Shown here: positions 37,352-47,511 of the stretch, piece by piece | How the letters are laid out: each line of letters begins with the position of its first letter | Numbering within the stretch: the first letter of the stretch is position 1 | Assembly (NCBI GenBank): GCA_965218435.1 | Contig: CBDCKW010000009.1 | Span: forward strand, 1,312,001-1,376,000 | Reading direction: 5' to 3' | Length of the DNA stretch: 64,000 nt | DNA from: Truepera sp. | Lineage (GTDB): Bacteria; Deinococcota; Deinococci; Deinococcales; Trueperaceae | Position numbers and translations under genes: made by a program | The notes under the pieces: model-generated | What the model was told of the DNA's origin: nothing | Databases searched by the model: none | What the model saw: the letters and a program-made list of their open reading frames with translations, nothing else

Positions 37352-37778
37352 CTTTGGACGAAATCCCTAGCTTTTTAAGGAAGTACGTTGTATGACCTTC
37401 GGGGTAGTCCCCCAACTGCCCAAAAACCTCGTAGTTGTGTTTCTGATAAAAACCCAAAGCCTGCCAGCTGCCGGTACGAACGTAGCTATTTGAAAACCCC
37501 TTGGTTGCGGCAGCGTGTTCAACTGCTCCAAGTAACTGGCTGCCAAGTCCTCTACGCTGCTCCGCTGCCTCAACCCATAACAGCTCAACCTCGAGCCAGT
37601 CCCACTGCGCCGTACCGGAGACGCCGCCGATAAGCTTGCCGTCTCTTCGGGCGAATACGGCAAGATGGTGACACGCCCAACCGCCGACTTGAGACAGGTT
37701 GAACTGCTCGAGTCCATCATCTATCTCGTCAATTAAGCTACGCGTTGGTTCAAAGACGGTCTCGAGTTCTACGCTCAT
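37341..37778 (-). CDS. GNAT family acetyltransferase
   Basis: LWV...QRRGLGSQLL, QALGFYQK. Confidence 0.88.
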   Translation of the reverse strand: MSVELETVFEPTRSLIDEIDDGLEQFNLSQVGGWACHHLAVFARRDGKLIGGVSGTAQWDWLEVELLWVEAAEQRRGLGSQLLGAVEHAAATKGFSNSYVRTGSWQALGFYQKHNYEVFGQLGDYPEGHTTYFLKKLGISSKVTD

Positions 37779-37884
37779 ACCGTTATTTTACGGTGCTTGG
37801 TTCGTCTACGTTGAGATAGTCCTTATGTCGGACAAAGTTGCGCCGCACTGCGAGTGCTTCGTCATCCCTAAATTTTAACTTGGT

Positions 37885-38385
37885 CTACTCTAAACGAGCC
37901 TTTCCAGTTGAGCTCATGCCTTTAAGTTTTTCGGTCTCTTCTTGCATCAGCTTTGGAAGTTTGGAAAACAGGTCGTGGATAACCGTCAGTTCTTCGTCGC
38001 TGTAGCTCTCGAGCAACTCGGTCATCCTTCGGCCTAGCGATTGAAACACCTCGGCGATTTCGTTATATTTCTCTATTTTTGCCTCAACCATAACTTTTCT
38101 GCGGTCGTTCGGGTCGGCTTTACGGCTGAGGAATCCGGCTTTCTCAAGCCTATCCACCATGCCGGTCATCGCACCCGAGGTAAGCCCGGTCAGCTCGGCG
38201 AGTTGTCCGGCAGGCATCGCACCGTGGCGGCTTAACAGATCGAGCGCCTTATGCTCAGTTACAGACAGACCTAATTTTTCCGCTACTGCCGAATGAAACA
38301 TCACGGTGCGGGCGCTGAGTTCCCGGCCCAAGTAAAAGCTGAGCTGCTCGAGCTGCTTCCTTTTATCATCTACACTTGACATCAT
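37885..38385 (-). CDS. MarR family transcriptional regulator
   Basis: GQLAELTGLTSGAMTGMVDRLEKAG...DPNDRR. Confidence 0.92.
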   Translation of the reverse strand: MMSSVDDKRKQLEQLSFYLGRELSARTVMFHSAVAEKLGLSVTEHKALDLLSRHGAMPAGQLAELTGLTSGAMTGMVDRLEKAGFLSRKADPNDRRKVMVEAKIEKYNEIAEVFQSLGRRMTELLESYSDEELTVIHDLFSKLPKLMQEETEKLKGMSSTGKARLE

Positions 38386-38399
38386 CCCTCAATTACCTT

Positions 38400-38444
38400 A
38401 GTATCTAAAAAGTTTAGTGGTTAAGATACTTTTCTACTAAACTT
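38400..38444. promoter_or_regulatory. probable MarR operator region in a divergent promoter
   Basis: AT-rich spacer with interleaved inverted repeats AGTATCT/AGATACT and AAGTTTAGT/ACTAAACTT. Confidence 0.55.
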
Positions 38445-38473
38445 ATTGGCTAGTTTAACATACTGGAGGAGAG

Positions 38474-38998
38474 ATGGAAAACGTGGCTGAGCAGCGTCCG
38501 GAGATAGCGGCGCAACGTGACCTCGAGGCGTTACACACACTTCAGCAAGAGTTGTTCGGGGCGTGGGCCGCAGGCAACGCGGACGCTTACGCCGACGTGT
38601 TCACCGAAGATGCGGACTACATTGCCTTCGACGGGGCGAACCAGAAGGGGCGCGTGGCCATCGCCGAGGGGCACCGTCCGCTTTTTGAACGGTGGCTTAA
38701 GGACTCGCGGCTGGTCGGAGACACCTTGAGTATCCGCTTTCTCGCACCTGAGGTTGCCCTGCTACACGCGCGCGGGGATACGGTGCTGGCGGGTAAAGCG
38801 GTGCCCGAGCCGGGGCGGAAATCGGTACAAACGCTGGTCGCCGTGAAACAGCAGGGGCACTGGCGGTTTGCCGCATTTCACAACACCCGGCTTCGGCCTA
38901 TCCAACCGGGTTTCGGTGGGATTATCGCCTGGAAACTAGCTGATCTGTCGTGGCGGGTCTTTGGGCCGAAGCCGGTTGAGGCAGGCCACTTAAAATGA
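38474..38998 (+). CDS. SgcJ/EcaC-like (SnoaL/NTF2 fold) protein
   Basis: AWAAGNADAYADVFTEDADY, GRVAIAEGH, WRFAAFHNT. Confidence 0.82.
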   Translation: MENVAEQRPEIAAQRDLEALHTLQQELFGAWAAGNADAYADVFTEDADYIAFDGANQKGRVAIAEGHRPLFERWLKDSRLVGDTLSIRFLAPEVALLHARGDTVLAGKAVPEPGRKSVQTLVAVKQQGHWRFAAFHNTRLRPIQPGFGGIIAWKLADLSWRVFGPKPVEAGHLK

Positions 38999-40197
38999 AC
39001 CCGAAACCTTACCCGCGTGTCGTCATCGTCGGTTGCGGTTTTGCGGGAACCGCTTTGGCCCTGTTTCTCAAGCGTGCAGGTATCTGCGCTGAAATCTACG
39101 AGGCGCGACAAGAGACCGAGTTGGACGCGGGCGCGTTTTTATATCTCGCGCCAAACGGTGTGAACGTGCTCAAGGCGTTAGGGCTCGAGACCGCCGTAAA
39201 AGAAGCAGGATACGCGACTACCGGCATTCGCCTTTACAACCGGCGTGGCCGAGCGATCGGAGAAATAGACAACCGTCTGGACGAAGCGCGGTTTGGGGCC
39301 GCAGGACACGTCATCAAACGCCGCGCTATCTTTAAGCTCCTCCAAGATGAGGTCACAAGGCAAGGCGTTCCCGTTCATTTTGACAAGCCGGTCACGGACA
39401 TCAAGGTTCACGGAGAAAAACTTACGGTCTTCTTTCGAGAAGGTGAAACCAAGACAGGCGATTTGCTTATCGGCGCGGACGGCGTGAATTCCACGACCCG
39501 CCGACTTATCTTTCCTGGCGCGCCCAGCCCCAGCTATCTCGGCCTCATCGACACCGGCGGGTTTACTACCTTGCCCGAGCTTACACAGCTTTCTGGCCCG
39601 CAACATATGGTTTTTGGCAAAAAGGCGTTTTTTGGTTATACCGTGAAGCCTGATGGGGAAGTCTACTGGTTTAGCAATGTGCCCTGGGCACAAGAACCTA
39701 GTCGAGAAGACCTCAGCGCCATTTTACCTGATGTTTGGAAAGCACGCTTGCTCGAGCTTCACGCCCAAGACCCCGATCCGGTGACCCGGATGATTCAGGC
39801 GACGCCCGCCCGGACGATCGGCAAATGGGTTTCGAGGGATCTGCCCGTCCTATCTGATTGGCACACAAATCATGTTTGCCTCTTGGGAGACGCCGCCCAT
39901 GCGCTTCCGCCAACGTCGGGTCAAGGGGCTTCAGTAGCACTCGAGGATGCCGCCATGCTTGCTAAATGCTTGAGAGATTTGGACGCTCGGGCGGCCTTCA
40001 AAACGTTTCAAGGCTTGCGTAAAAAACGTATTGAACGCATGGCGCAACATGCGAGGCAAACAAGTGATGGAAAAATTCCCAACGTTGTAGTTGGACTTAT
40101 AAGAGATTTACTTTTACCTACTTTGATTAAAGCTGGCGGAAAGGCTCAGAGAGAAGCTTATGGTTACACGGTTGATTGGGCTAAGCAGCTGGGCTGA
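38995..40197 (+). CDS. group A FAD-dependent monooxygenase
   Basis: GCGFAG, LIGADG, LLGDAAH...GQGA..ALEDA. Confidence 0.9.
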   Translation: MNPKPYPRVVIVGCGFAGTALALFLKRAGICAEIYEARQETELDAGAFLYLAPNGVNVLKALGLETAVKEAGYATTGIRLYNRRGRAIGEIDNRLDEARFGAAGHVIKRRAIFKLLQDEVTRQGVPVHFDKPVTDIKVHGEKLTVFFREGETKTGDLLIGADGVNSTTRRLIFPGAPSPSYLGLIDTGGFTTLPELTQLSGPQHMVFGKKAFFGYTVKPDGEVYWFSNVPWAQEPSREDLSAILPDVWKARLLELHAQDPDPVTRMIQATPARTIGKWVSRDLPVLSDWHTNHVCLLGDAAHALPPTSGQGASVALEDAAMLAKCLRDLDARAAFKTFQGLRKKRIERMAQHARQTSDGKIPNVVVGLIRDLLLPTLIKAGGKAQREAYGYTVDWAKQLG

Positions 40198-40217
40198 AAC
40201 ATCAGCAAAACCTCGGT

Positions 40218-41294
40218 TTATGGGTGTGATGAAGCTGTCGTGCTGAGGTCGGCTAAGGTTGCGCCGCGCTGCTCGAGCCTCGCCAGCAGCCCCCGGTTCA
40301 GCCGCCGGAGCAGAAACGGCCCCTCGTAAACGAAACTCGTGTAGAGCTGCACGAGTACGGCCCCAGCCTCTAAACGGGCCAAAACGTCGTCTACATCCGT
40401 GACGCCGCCGATAGACACGAGCGGTAAGCCTGTTTCCAAACTCGTTAAAAAGCGTAATACCGCCAAAGACCGTGCTTTAAGCGGTCGTCCTGAGAGCCCC
40501 CCGGTTTCGTCAAGGGATGTGCTCAAGCCTTGCCGTAAAACCGTCGTATTCGTTGCGACCAAACCGGACAGCTCATGCTGCACGGCAAGTTCGGCGATGT
40601 CGGCGAGTTCGTGGTCACTCAGGTCGGGCGCAACTTTGAGGAGCACAGGTTTCGCTGGGTGAGAAGCCCTAAAAGTTTGAATCGCTCCTAAGAGTTCAGT
40701 CAACCGTTCCCGCTCCTGCAACGCCCGCAGCCCCGGCGTATTGGGTGACGAAACGTTGATAACGAAGTAGTCGGCGTACGGCCAAAGCTGACGGAGTGAC
40801 GCCAGATAATCCTCCGGCGCGTCCTCTAACAGGGTGATCTTCGACTTGCCGACGTTGACGCCTAGCGGGACCGGTAATGGCCCCTCTTGTCTTAGGGTTT
40901 GCAACCGTAAAGCTACCGCCGCCGCCCCTTCGTTGTTAAAGCCCAGCCGGTTGACGAGGGCTGCGTCATCCGGCAATCTAAAAAGCCGGGGTTTCGGGTT
41001 GCCGGGTTGCGCGTGCGCGGTGACGCTCCCGACCTCGACGAAGCCGAAGCCGAGCGCGGCCCACGTCGGGATGGCGACAGCGTTTTTATCAAACCCGGCG
41101 GCGAGACCTACCGGATTGGGGAAGGTCAGGCCGAACGCGCGGGTCTCGAGGCGTGCGTCTCTTACGCTGCACGCCGCACTGACAAGCCGCAGTGCGCCGG
41201 GGTGCTCAGCCGCCCACGAGAGCCCCTGTATGACGCGTTCGTGAATACGCTCCGGGTCACGCCGAAAGAGCAGAGGTTTGAGCCGCCGGTACAT
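40218..41294 (-). CDS. pyrD: quinone-dependent dihydroorotate dehydrogenase
   Basis: NPVGLAAGFDKN, GNPKPRLFRL, NRLGFNN, NVSSPNTPGLR, GGLSG. Confidence 0.95.
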   Translation of the reverse strand: MYRRLKPLLFRRDPERIHERVIQGLSWAAEHPGALRLVSAACSVRDARLETRAFGLTFPNPVGLAAGFDKNAVAIPTWAALGFGFVEVGSVTAHAQPGNPKPRLFRLPDDAALVNRLGFNNEGAAAVALRLQTLRQEGPLPVPLGVNVGKSKITLLEDAPEDYLASLRQLWPYADYFVINVSSPNTPGLRALQERERLTELLGAIQTFRASHPAKPVLLKVAPDLSDHELADIAELAVQHELSGLVATNTTVLRQGLSTSLDETGGLSGRPLKARSLAVLRFLTSLETGLPLVSIGGVTDVDDVLARLEAGAVLVQLYTSFVYEGPFLLRRLNRGLLARLEQRGATLADLSTTASSHP

Positions 41295-41437
41295 AGCTCG
41301 ATTAAACCACTGCTTGCTTAGCTCACGCTTGACCTAACCACTGAGCAGTTCAACCTTTTCGTAAACTGAAGGTTCGAGGACGAAATGATGACCAAACGGT
41401 AAGTGCTCGAGCCTGTTTGGGGCTGGAACAAGCTAAG

Positions 41438-42092
41438 CTACCGGTACACCACCTCGGCTTGCCACGCACCCACATGAAGCTGCCAGTACACCTCGGCAAT
41501 TTGGGCAGGGGAGAAGTGTTCATCTTTGCCGATGGTTCCGGAAATGGTCACAGTCGAGGTGCGCACGTCCGTATCTTCGAGTTCTTTAGCGAGGTTTAAG
41601 ACCAGCATCCGCAGCGCCGCTTTACCGATAGACAATGAGGCGGCGTCCGGTAGGGGCGTAAGCGCAGCGCCGCCGCCGGTAAACAGCGTGCCGGTATTGC
41701 GTTGGGTCACCGTGGGTAATTTTGGTGGCGACGAGTGCACCCACCACGCTGGTCTGTAAAGCTTCTCCTAGCGCCCGATTTTCCAGACTGCTCACCGCGC
41801 CGAGGTGAAACTGAACGGCGTTATAGATCAGCACGTCGGGTGACCCGAGTTTCGCCTGAACATCGTCAAGAGCGGCGGTCAGCGATTCGGCGTCGCCCGC
41901 GTCGGCTTTGTAGGTATAGGCGCGGATGTCCTCGTCCGCTAAGGTGCGGCGAAACGCCGCTAACCGGTCTTGCTGACGTGCGAGCATAGCGACCTTAAAG
42001 CCTTCTTGCCCGAAGCGGCGGCAGAGGGACAAACCGAGCCCCGGCCCGACGCCAATCACAGCACAGACGTTTGCGAGTTTGGGCGTCGTCAC
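41438..42092 (-). pseudogene. SDR family oxidoreductase, frameshifted
   Basis: N-terminal half (GVGPGLG, VLIYNA) and C-terminal half (LFTGGG, SIGKAALR) lie in different frames with the break near 41720; GGAGG RBS before GTG 42092. Confidence 0.82.
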
Positions 42093-42361
42093 AGGGTTTC
42101 CTCCAAGATGCAGCTGACAGTAGCGAAGGCTCGAGCACAAAATAACTATCCCAAGCTAGCTGGTAACCGTGCGCACTGTCAGCGTGTACGCCTACAAAAG
42201 CAGCTTGGTAACGCCTAAAAAAGCTCTACCTACAAGCCTGCTACGGCAAAAGAGGACAAAGTAACTTACAAAACAATTGTATAACCTCAAGGAACACGTG
42301 TCAAAAACAACATTTGTAAAGCTACCTACGACAAGCTACGCCTTACTTTAAGAATCTAAAC

Positions 42362-44179
42362 TCAGCCCCGCGACCCGAGCGCCCGGTCGAGGTTAAAAGC
42401 GGCGCTGATCAGGCTTAGGTGCGTAAACGCTTGGGGAAAGTTGCCCAACGCCTCACCGCTCGGGCCGGTCTCCTCGGCGTAGAGCCCCAAATGATTGGCG
42501 TACCCCAGCATCCGTTCAAAGGTGAGGCGGGCTTCCTCGAGCTTTTTGGGGTCGGTCTGCCCCGCGCGGGTCAGCGCCTCGACCAGCCAAAAGGTACACA
42601 TATTAAAGGTTCCTTCTTCGCCCATCAGCCCGTCGGCGCTGTGATGCAGGTTGTAACGAAACACCAGACTGTCCGAGACGAGCCCGCCCTTATGCGGAGG
42701 TTGACGGACGGCCTCCAAGGTGCGGAGCATCCGGGGATCGGTTGGGGAGATAAAAAAGACGAGCGGCATCAAGAGCGTTGACGCGTCGAGCGCGTCCGAG
42801 TCGTAACTCTGGACGAACGTCCCCAGCTTTTCGTTCCAGCCCCGCTCCATGATCTCTTCGTAAATCTGGTCACGGATTTTAAGCCACTTTTCACGGTCGG
42901 ACGGAAACGAGCGTTTATCAGCCAGCCGTACCCCCCGGTCGAGCGCCACCCAGCACATCAGTTTGGAATAAACCGCCTGGTAAGGGCCGCCGCGTGGTTC
43001 CCAGATGCTTTCGTCAGGGCGCTGCCAGTTGTCGCACACCCAGTTGAGCGTGCGCCGCACGTGTCGCCACAGCTCAAACGAGATCGGGGTACCGTATTTG
43101 TTGTACAAGTACACCGCGTCCATCAGCTCGCCGTAGATGTCAAGTTGCAGCTGTCTCGAGGCGTCGTTGCCGATCCGTACCGGTGTGGAGCCCTTGTAAC
43201 CCTCCAAGTTGGCGAGCGTCTCTTCGTGGAGGGGCGTCTGCTCCCCGATACGGTACATGATGTCGAGTGAGCCGTCTTCGCTGTGGGCCAGCGCGGTATT
43301 GCCCAGCCACTCCATAAACGCCGCCGCTTCGTCCGTAAAGCCGATTCGCAACAGGCCGTAAAGCGAAAAGGCCGCGTCCCGAATCCAGGTGTAGCGGTAG
43401 TCCCAGTTGCGCCCTCCGCCCAACGTTTCCGGCAAGCTCGCGGTCACCGCTGCCACAATCGCGCCGGTCGGCGCAAAAGTCAATAACTTGAGGGCCAACG
43501 CCGAACGGTGAACCGTCTCGCGCCAGCGGCCCTGGTACGTGCATTTGCTGAGCCAGCGCCGCCAGTAGGTGACGGTATCGTCAAACGAACTTTCCATCTC
43601 GCCCTCGCTGGGGCAAGGTTTGGCGTCTTCACCTGCGGCAAGAGGCGCGAGCACAAAACTGAGCGTTTCGCCCTCGTGAATAGTGAACTCGGTATGGACG
43701 CCCGCACCGTCTACCTCGAGCGGCACCCGCGTCGCCAGCGACAAACTGCACGCCGAACTGCGAAACACGATTCCCTCAGCGGTGGTCTCGACCTCGTGGC
43801 TGTCGCGGGCATAGTTAAACGCCGGACGACACACGATCTTAAAGGGTAATTCGCCGCGAACGCAGTGAACCCGCCGGATCAGGCGCTGCACCCCGTTGAT
43901 CGGCATAAAATCTACAACTTCGGCGACGCCCTCGAGCGACAAAAAGCGGGTGATGAGGACGTTGGTGTCCGGCCAGTAAAGCTGTTTGGTCGTCACGTCG
44001 GCGCAGGTCGGTTCAATCTGAAAGTTGCCCCCCTTGTCGTCATCTAAAATCGCGGCGAAGACGCTCGGTGAATCGAAATGCGGCAGACAGAGCCAGTCGA
44101 GCGAGCCGTTTTTACCGATCAGGGCCGCCGTCCGCAAGTCGCCGATGACGCCGTAGTCTTCGATAGATTGATAAGGCAT
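42362..44179 (-). CDS. glycoside hydrolase family 15 (glucoamylase/trehalase-like)
   Basis: [32 protein letters not shown]. Confidence 0.93.
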   Translation of the reverse strand: MPYQSIEDYGVIGDLRTAALIGKNGSLDWLCLPHFDSPSVFAAILDDDKGGNFQIEPTCADVTTKQLYWPDTNVLITRFLSLEGVAEVVDFMPINGVQRLIRRVHCVRGELPFKIVCRPAFNYARDSHEVETTAEGIVFRSSACSLSLATRVPLEVDGAGVHTEFTIHEGETLSFVLAPLAAGEDAKPCPSEGEMESSFDDTVTYWRRWLSKCTYQGRWRETVHRSALALKLLTFAPTGAIVAAVTASLPETLGGGRNWDYRYTWIRDAAFSLYGLLRIGFTDEAAAFMEWLGNTALAHSEDGSLDIMYRIGEQTPLHEETLANLEGYKGSTPVRIGNDASRQLQLDIYGELMDAVYLYNKYGTPISFELWRHVRRTLNWVCDNWQRPDESIWEPRGGPYQAVYSKLMCWVALDRGVRLADKRSFPSDREKWLKIRDQIYEEIMERGWNEKLGTFVQSYDSDALDASTLLMPLVFFISPTDPRMLRTLEAVRQPPHKGGLVSDSLVFRYNLHHSADGLMGEEGTFNMCTFWLVEALTRAGQTDPKKLEEARLTFERMLGYANHLGLYAEETGPSGEALGNFPQAFTHLSLISAAFNLDRALGSRG

Positions 44180-44360
44180 CTAAAAAACTCCTGAAGGTAG
44201 GGGAACCGCGTCACCCAAATGAAAATAAACCTGTTTATATCGTACCTTGTCAGGCGGCAGTTGAGGGGACACAGGTACCGGTGACCGGTCACGTCAAGGT
44301 CGTTTAAGAGCTGGTTGTCAGCGTGTGAAAAATTGGGTTCGAGGCTTCCGGACAAACGGT

Positions 44361-44597
44361 CTAAGTATGCTTTTGCTCGAGATATTTGTAATAGTCTGCT
44401 CTGCTCACGTTCACATCTTTGAGCACACCACTTAACGCACGCGTAATAGGCGGCAGTGCTTCTTCATCAAGCGGTTCGCCAAGTTGGGCAAAATAATCGG
44501 CGACAAGCTGCGACACAGATTTCCCGGACACTTCCGCGTAATGCTCCGCGCGTTCGATGAGGGTTTGCTCGAGTTCCAGAGTCAGCTTAGCTTGCAT
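44361..44597 (-). CDS. DUF6364-like RHH antitoxin-like protein (orphan)
   Basis: KLTL...LIERA..YA...GKSVSQLVADYF, LSGVL, YLEQKH; TACTAT-N6-ATG. Confidence 0.75.
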   Translation of the reverse strand: MQAKLTLELEQTLIERAEHYAEVSGKSVSQLVADYFAQLGEPLDEEALPPITRALSGVLKDVNVSRADYYKYLEQKHT

Positions 44598-44823
44598 AGG
44601 TTAATAGTACCCGGTTTAGCAAAGTTTCGTTGAAATAGAGACTCGAGTCTAGTAGGCACAGCACCACGCGAATCAGCAAGTGCAGCGACAATAGAATTAG
44701 CTAAAAAGCTTAGATCGTGTCAAAGATATTTTTGCTCGAGCTAGCTGAAGCAACCCTGCTGATTGCGTGTCTATCGTATTTTGGTATAAAGCTGAGTATC
44801 TCTCAAAATGTAAGAATACCCGT

Positions 44824-47511
44824 ATGCCACTTGACCCTTTAGGCACTGCTTCTAACTTGCTAGCTCTATATCAAGTTGTGGGAAAACTTATTAAAGACAA
44901 GGCGGCTCTAAACCAAGCACTTGAAAGTATCAAGTCAAGTGTTTATGAAATCTTTCCTAACGATGTAGATTTTGTTCTGCGACTGTTGAGCGAAAACCAA
45001 GCTGTTGCAGTCGAACTCACATCTACAAGAATGAACAAGCGAGAGCATCTAGTAAAGCTTTTCAAGGATGCATATGTTGAAGCACCGGGGTTATCCTGGT
45101 CGAGCTACCAAGAAGACCTGGTGGGACAGTTTGTGACCGCAGTGTCTGCGATACTCCTTGGATACAGGATCAATGAAGTTCAATCAGCAGCTGACTACCT
45201 GGACGGTAGAGCGCAGGAGAGACACCAAACGGCTTTTAACTCCCAGGAGTTGTTACACAATCTGAAATTAGACGTTGAGCAGTTAAGAAGTGACCTTGGT
45301 AGGGACCAACAGAGCCGACAAGAAGCCCAAGTTTCAAATGGCTCGCTGAAAGTACGCCGTTTGCCCGCATCAACTTCCTCATTTACGGGTAGAAGTGAAG
45401 CACTCGCAGAACTGTCCAAGCGTTTGCACGGTGACGTACAAGTTATTTATGGTTTAGGCGGAGTTGGGAAAACTCAGCTAGCAGTTAAATATGCACTTAC
45501 TCAAGAAGCGAACTATGATGTCATATGGCAAATACGTTCTGGAAACTTTTCGTCTATAGCTACTGATCTCGGAGAACTCGCTGTTACGCTTAGGCTAGCA
45601 GTAAACGAAGACCGAGCGGACGTCAAGCTCTCTCGTCTGCGAAACTGGCTTTCGGCAAACTCGAGTTGGCTACTTATCTTCGATGATTTACAAGACTTAG
45701 CTGAACTTCACAAAGTACTGACCTTAGAGCCGACTTTTCAAGGCAAAATCCTAATCACATCCCGAAATAGCAATTGGGGAAACTCTGTTCAATCAATTCG
45801 CCTGGATACTTGGGTAGAAGAAGAGTCCGTTCAGTTTTTGAAGATTCGGCTTAAATCAGACAAATACGACGAGGAAGACGAACTAAAAAAATTAGGGCAT
45901 CTTCTTGGCAACCTACCGCTTGCAATTGAGCAAGCCGCTGCTTATATCAATGCCACGCCTACCAACGTTCAATCATATAGTCTTCTCTTCACAGAAAGAA
46001 GGGAAGAGCTGTGGCGCGACAGACGGCACGAAACGCATCCAGACGACTATCCCTATACAATAGCGACAACGTGGACCATCTCTATCGAGAAGATGAAAGA
46101 AGATTCTCCCGAAGCATTGCCGCTACTACAAGTCTGCTCATTCTTTGCCCCTGACGATATACCTTTGTTTTTATTCATTTGGGGAAAAGAGATTCTACCA
46201 GAGCCCCTCACAACGATTTTGGGCGATACTCTGGTTCTCAATCAAGTTTTAGCAGCTCTGAGCGACTACTCACTTCTAAACTGTCAAGACGATTTTCTGA
46301 GTGTTCATCAACTCGTTCAAGCTGTTGTACGAGATAGCATTACGGAACCCATACCGTTACTCGAGGCCGTTTTGAAACTTCAACTGGTCGGATTTCCTTT
46401 TGATGTAAGGAATCCTGAAACTTGGGCCATATCGGACTTGCTAACTCCTCACCTACTCGCTTCGTCCAGATTTGCTTTGAAAAGTGATGCTGACATGATG
46501 TTGACAACTGAAGTAATTTACGAAGTTGCCCGTTTGCTCAGCTTCAAAGGCTCTGACTATGGAGTTAGAGAGGTGTACTCAGCTGCAGACGCTTTACTTA
46601 GTGAAGCTATAGCTGTACGAAGACAACACTTCGGCGAAAAACATGGATCAGTGAGCATTTTGCTGAAGTTCCTGGCTGACGTAAGAAAAGACCGCTTTAG
46701 AAAGCAATTCGGGGAGAGTTTACCCTCGTTTGAGAAATTAAAAGAAAACTCTCTTGAGACAATCATATCTTTCGTAAAGACGTTGGACGATGTTGATATT
46801 GCACTAGAAGAAATAATCGCTTTGTATGAAGAAGCCAGTAAAATAGATGCTGAAACCTATGGTGAGGGTAGTCTGCAATACGCCTTTGGAATTAACCGAA
46901 TTGGTGCAGCGTATGTTGATATGGCTGTGTCTTCAGTCAAAGAAAATCTGCTGGAAAGAGCAGAACTATTACAACGTAGAGCATTAAAGATCGCTGAGGA
47001 TGCTGTAGAACATGAAGAGTTTTCAGAAAATGAATTGGTTGCTTATCTTCATAGCCTAGCGAGAACCTTGTTAACGTCAGGGAAGGCTAGTGAGGCGAGA
47101 AGACACCTCGAGCGTTGCTTAGAAATTGCAGAGAGGTCTATGCCTCCTTTGTCTCCCGAACTGGCAACTATCTACGAGTATCTAGGCTATGCACTGATGG
47201 GCGAAAAAACTGGAAAATGGGCTGCTGTAAAGCAGTTTAAGAAAGCCCGTGAAATAGCTGAAGTTCTTGGTATGGAAGAAAGATTTATGAAAAATACTTT
47301 CAACCTCGCAACAAGCTTGACTACTTGCGGAAGAGAGTTTGAGGCGGGACTATACCAAAGGCAAGTTGCAAAGCTCGTTTCCGAAGACCAGCTTGCGCAC
47401 TATGTAGGGCATTTTACTCATCTAACTAAAGGGTTGCCTTCAAGTGACCTCCAGAAAACCGTGCGCGAGGCATTAAGAGCAGTTATTGAAATAAGGAGTA
47501 AAGAAGCTTAA
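44824..47511 (+). CDS. NB-ARC-type STAND NTPase with C-terminal TPRs (NLR-like)
   Basis: FTGR, Walker A GLGGVGKT, Walker B LLIFDD, ILITSR, GNLPLAI, VHQLV (MHD-like), TPR-like helical repeats; clearly more AT-rich than the flanks. Confidence 0.88.
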   Translation: MPLDPLGTASNLLALYQVVGKLIKDKAALNQALESIKSSVYEIFPNDVDFVLRLLSENQAVAVELTSTRMNKREHLVKLFKDAYVEAPGLSWSSYQEDLVGQFVTAVSAILLGYRINEVQSAADYLDGRAQERHQTAFNSQELLHNLKLDVEQLRSDLGRDQQSRQEAQVSNGSLKVRRLPASTSSFTGRSEALAELSKRLHGDVQVIYGLGGVGKTQLAVKYALTQEANYDVIWQIRSGNFSSIATDLGELAVTLRLAVNEDRADVKLSRLRNWLSANSSWLLIFDDLQDLAELHKVLTLEPTFQGKILITSRNSNWGNSVQSIRLDTWVEEESVQFLKIRLKSDKYDEEDELKKLGHLLGNLPLAIEQAAAYINATPTNVQSYSLLFTERREELWRDRRHETHPDDYPYTIATTWTISIEKMKEDSPEALPLLQVCSFFAPDDIPLFLFIWGKEILPEPLTTILGDTLVLNQVLAALSDYSLLNCQDDFLSVHQLVQAVVRDSITEPIPLLEAVLKLQLVGFPFDVRNPETWAISDLLTPHLLASSRFALKSDADMMLTTEVIYEVARLLSFKGSDYGVREVYSAADALLSEAIAVRRQHFGEKHGSVSILLKFLADVRKDRFRKQFGESLPSFEKLKENSLETIISFVKTLDDVDIALEEIIALYEEASKIDAETYGEGSLQYAFGINRIGAAYVDMAVSSVKENLLERAELLQRRALKIAEDAVEHEEFSENELVAYLHSLARTLLTSGKASEARRHLERCLEIAERSMPPLSPELATIYEYLGYALMGEKTGKWAAVKQFKKAREIAEVLGMEERFMKNTFNLATSLTTCGREFEAGLYQRQVAKLVSEDQLAHYVGHFTHLTKGLPSSDLQKTVREALRAVIEIRSKEA

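Noticed and set aside
38995..40197. Calling the monooxygenase a TetX-type tetracycline destructase
   Set aside because: Only generic group A flavoprotein motifs are visible; the substrate cannot be assigned
44824..47511. FxSxx-COOH RiPP system TPR protein
   Set aside because: The architecture is similar, but there is no precursor peptide, radical SAM or HEXXH gene nearby
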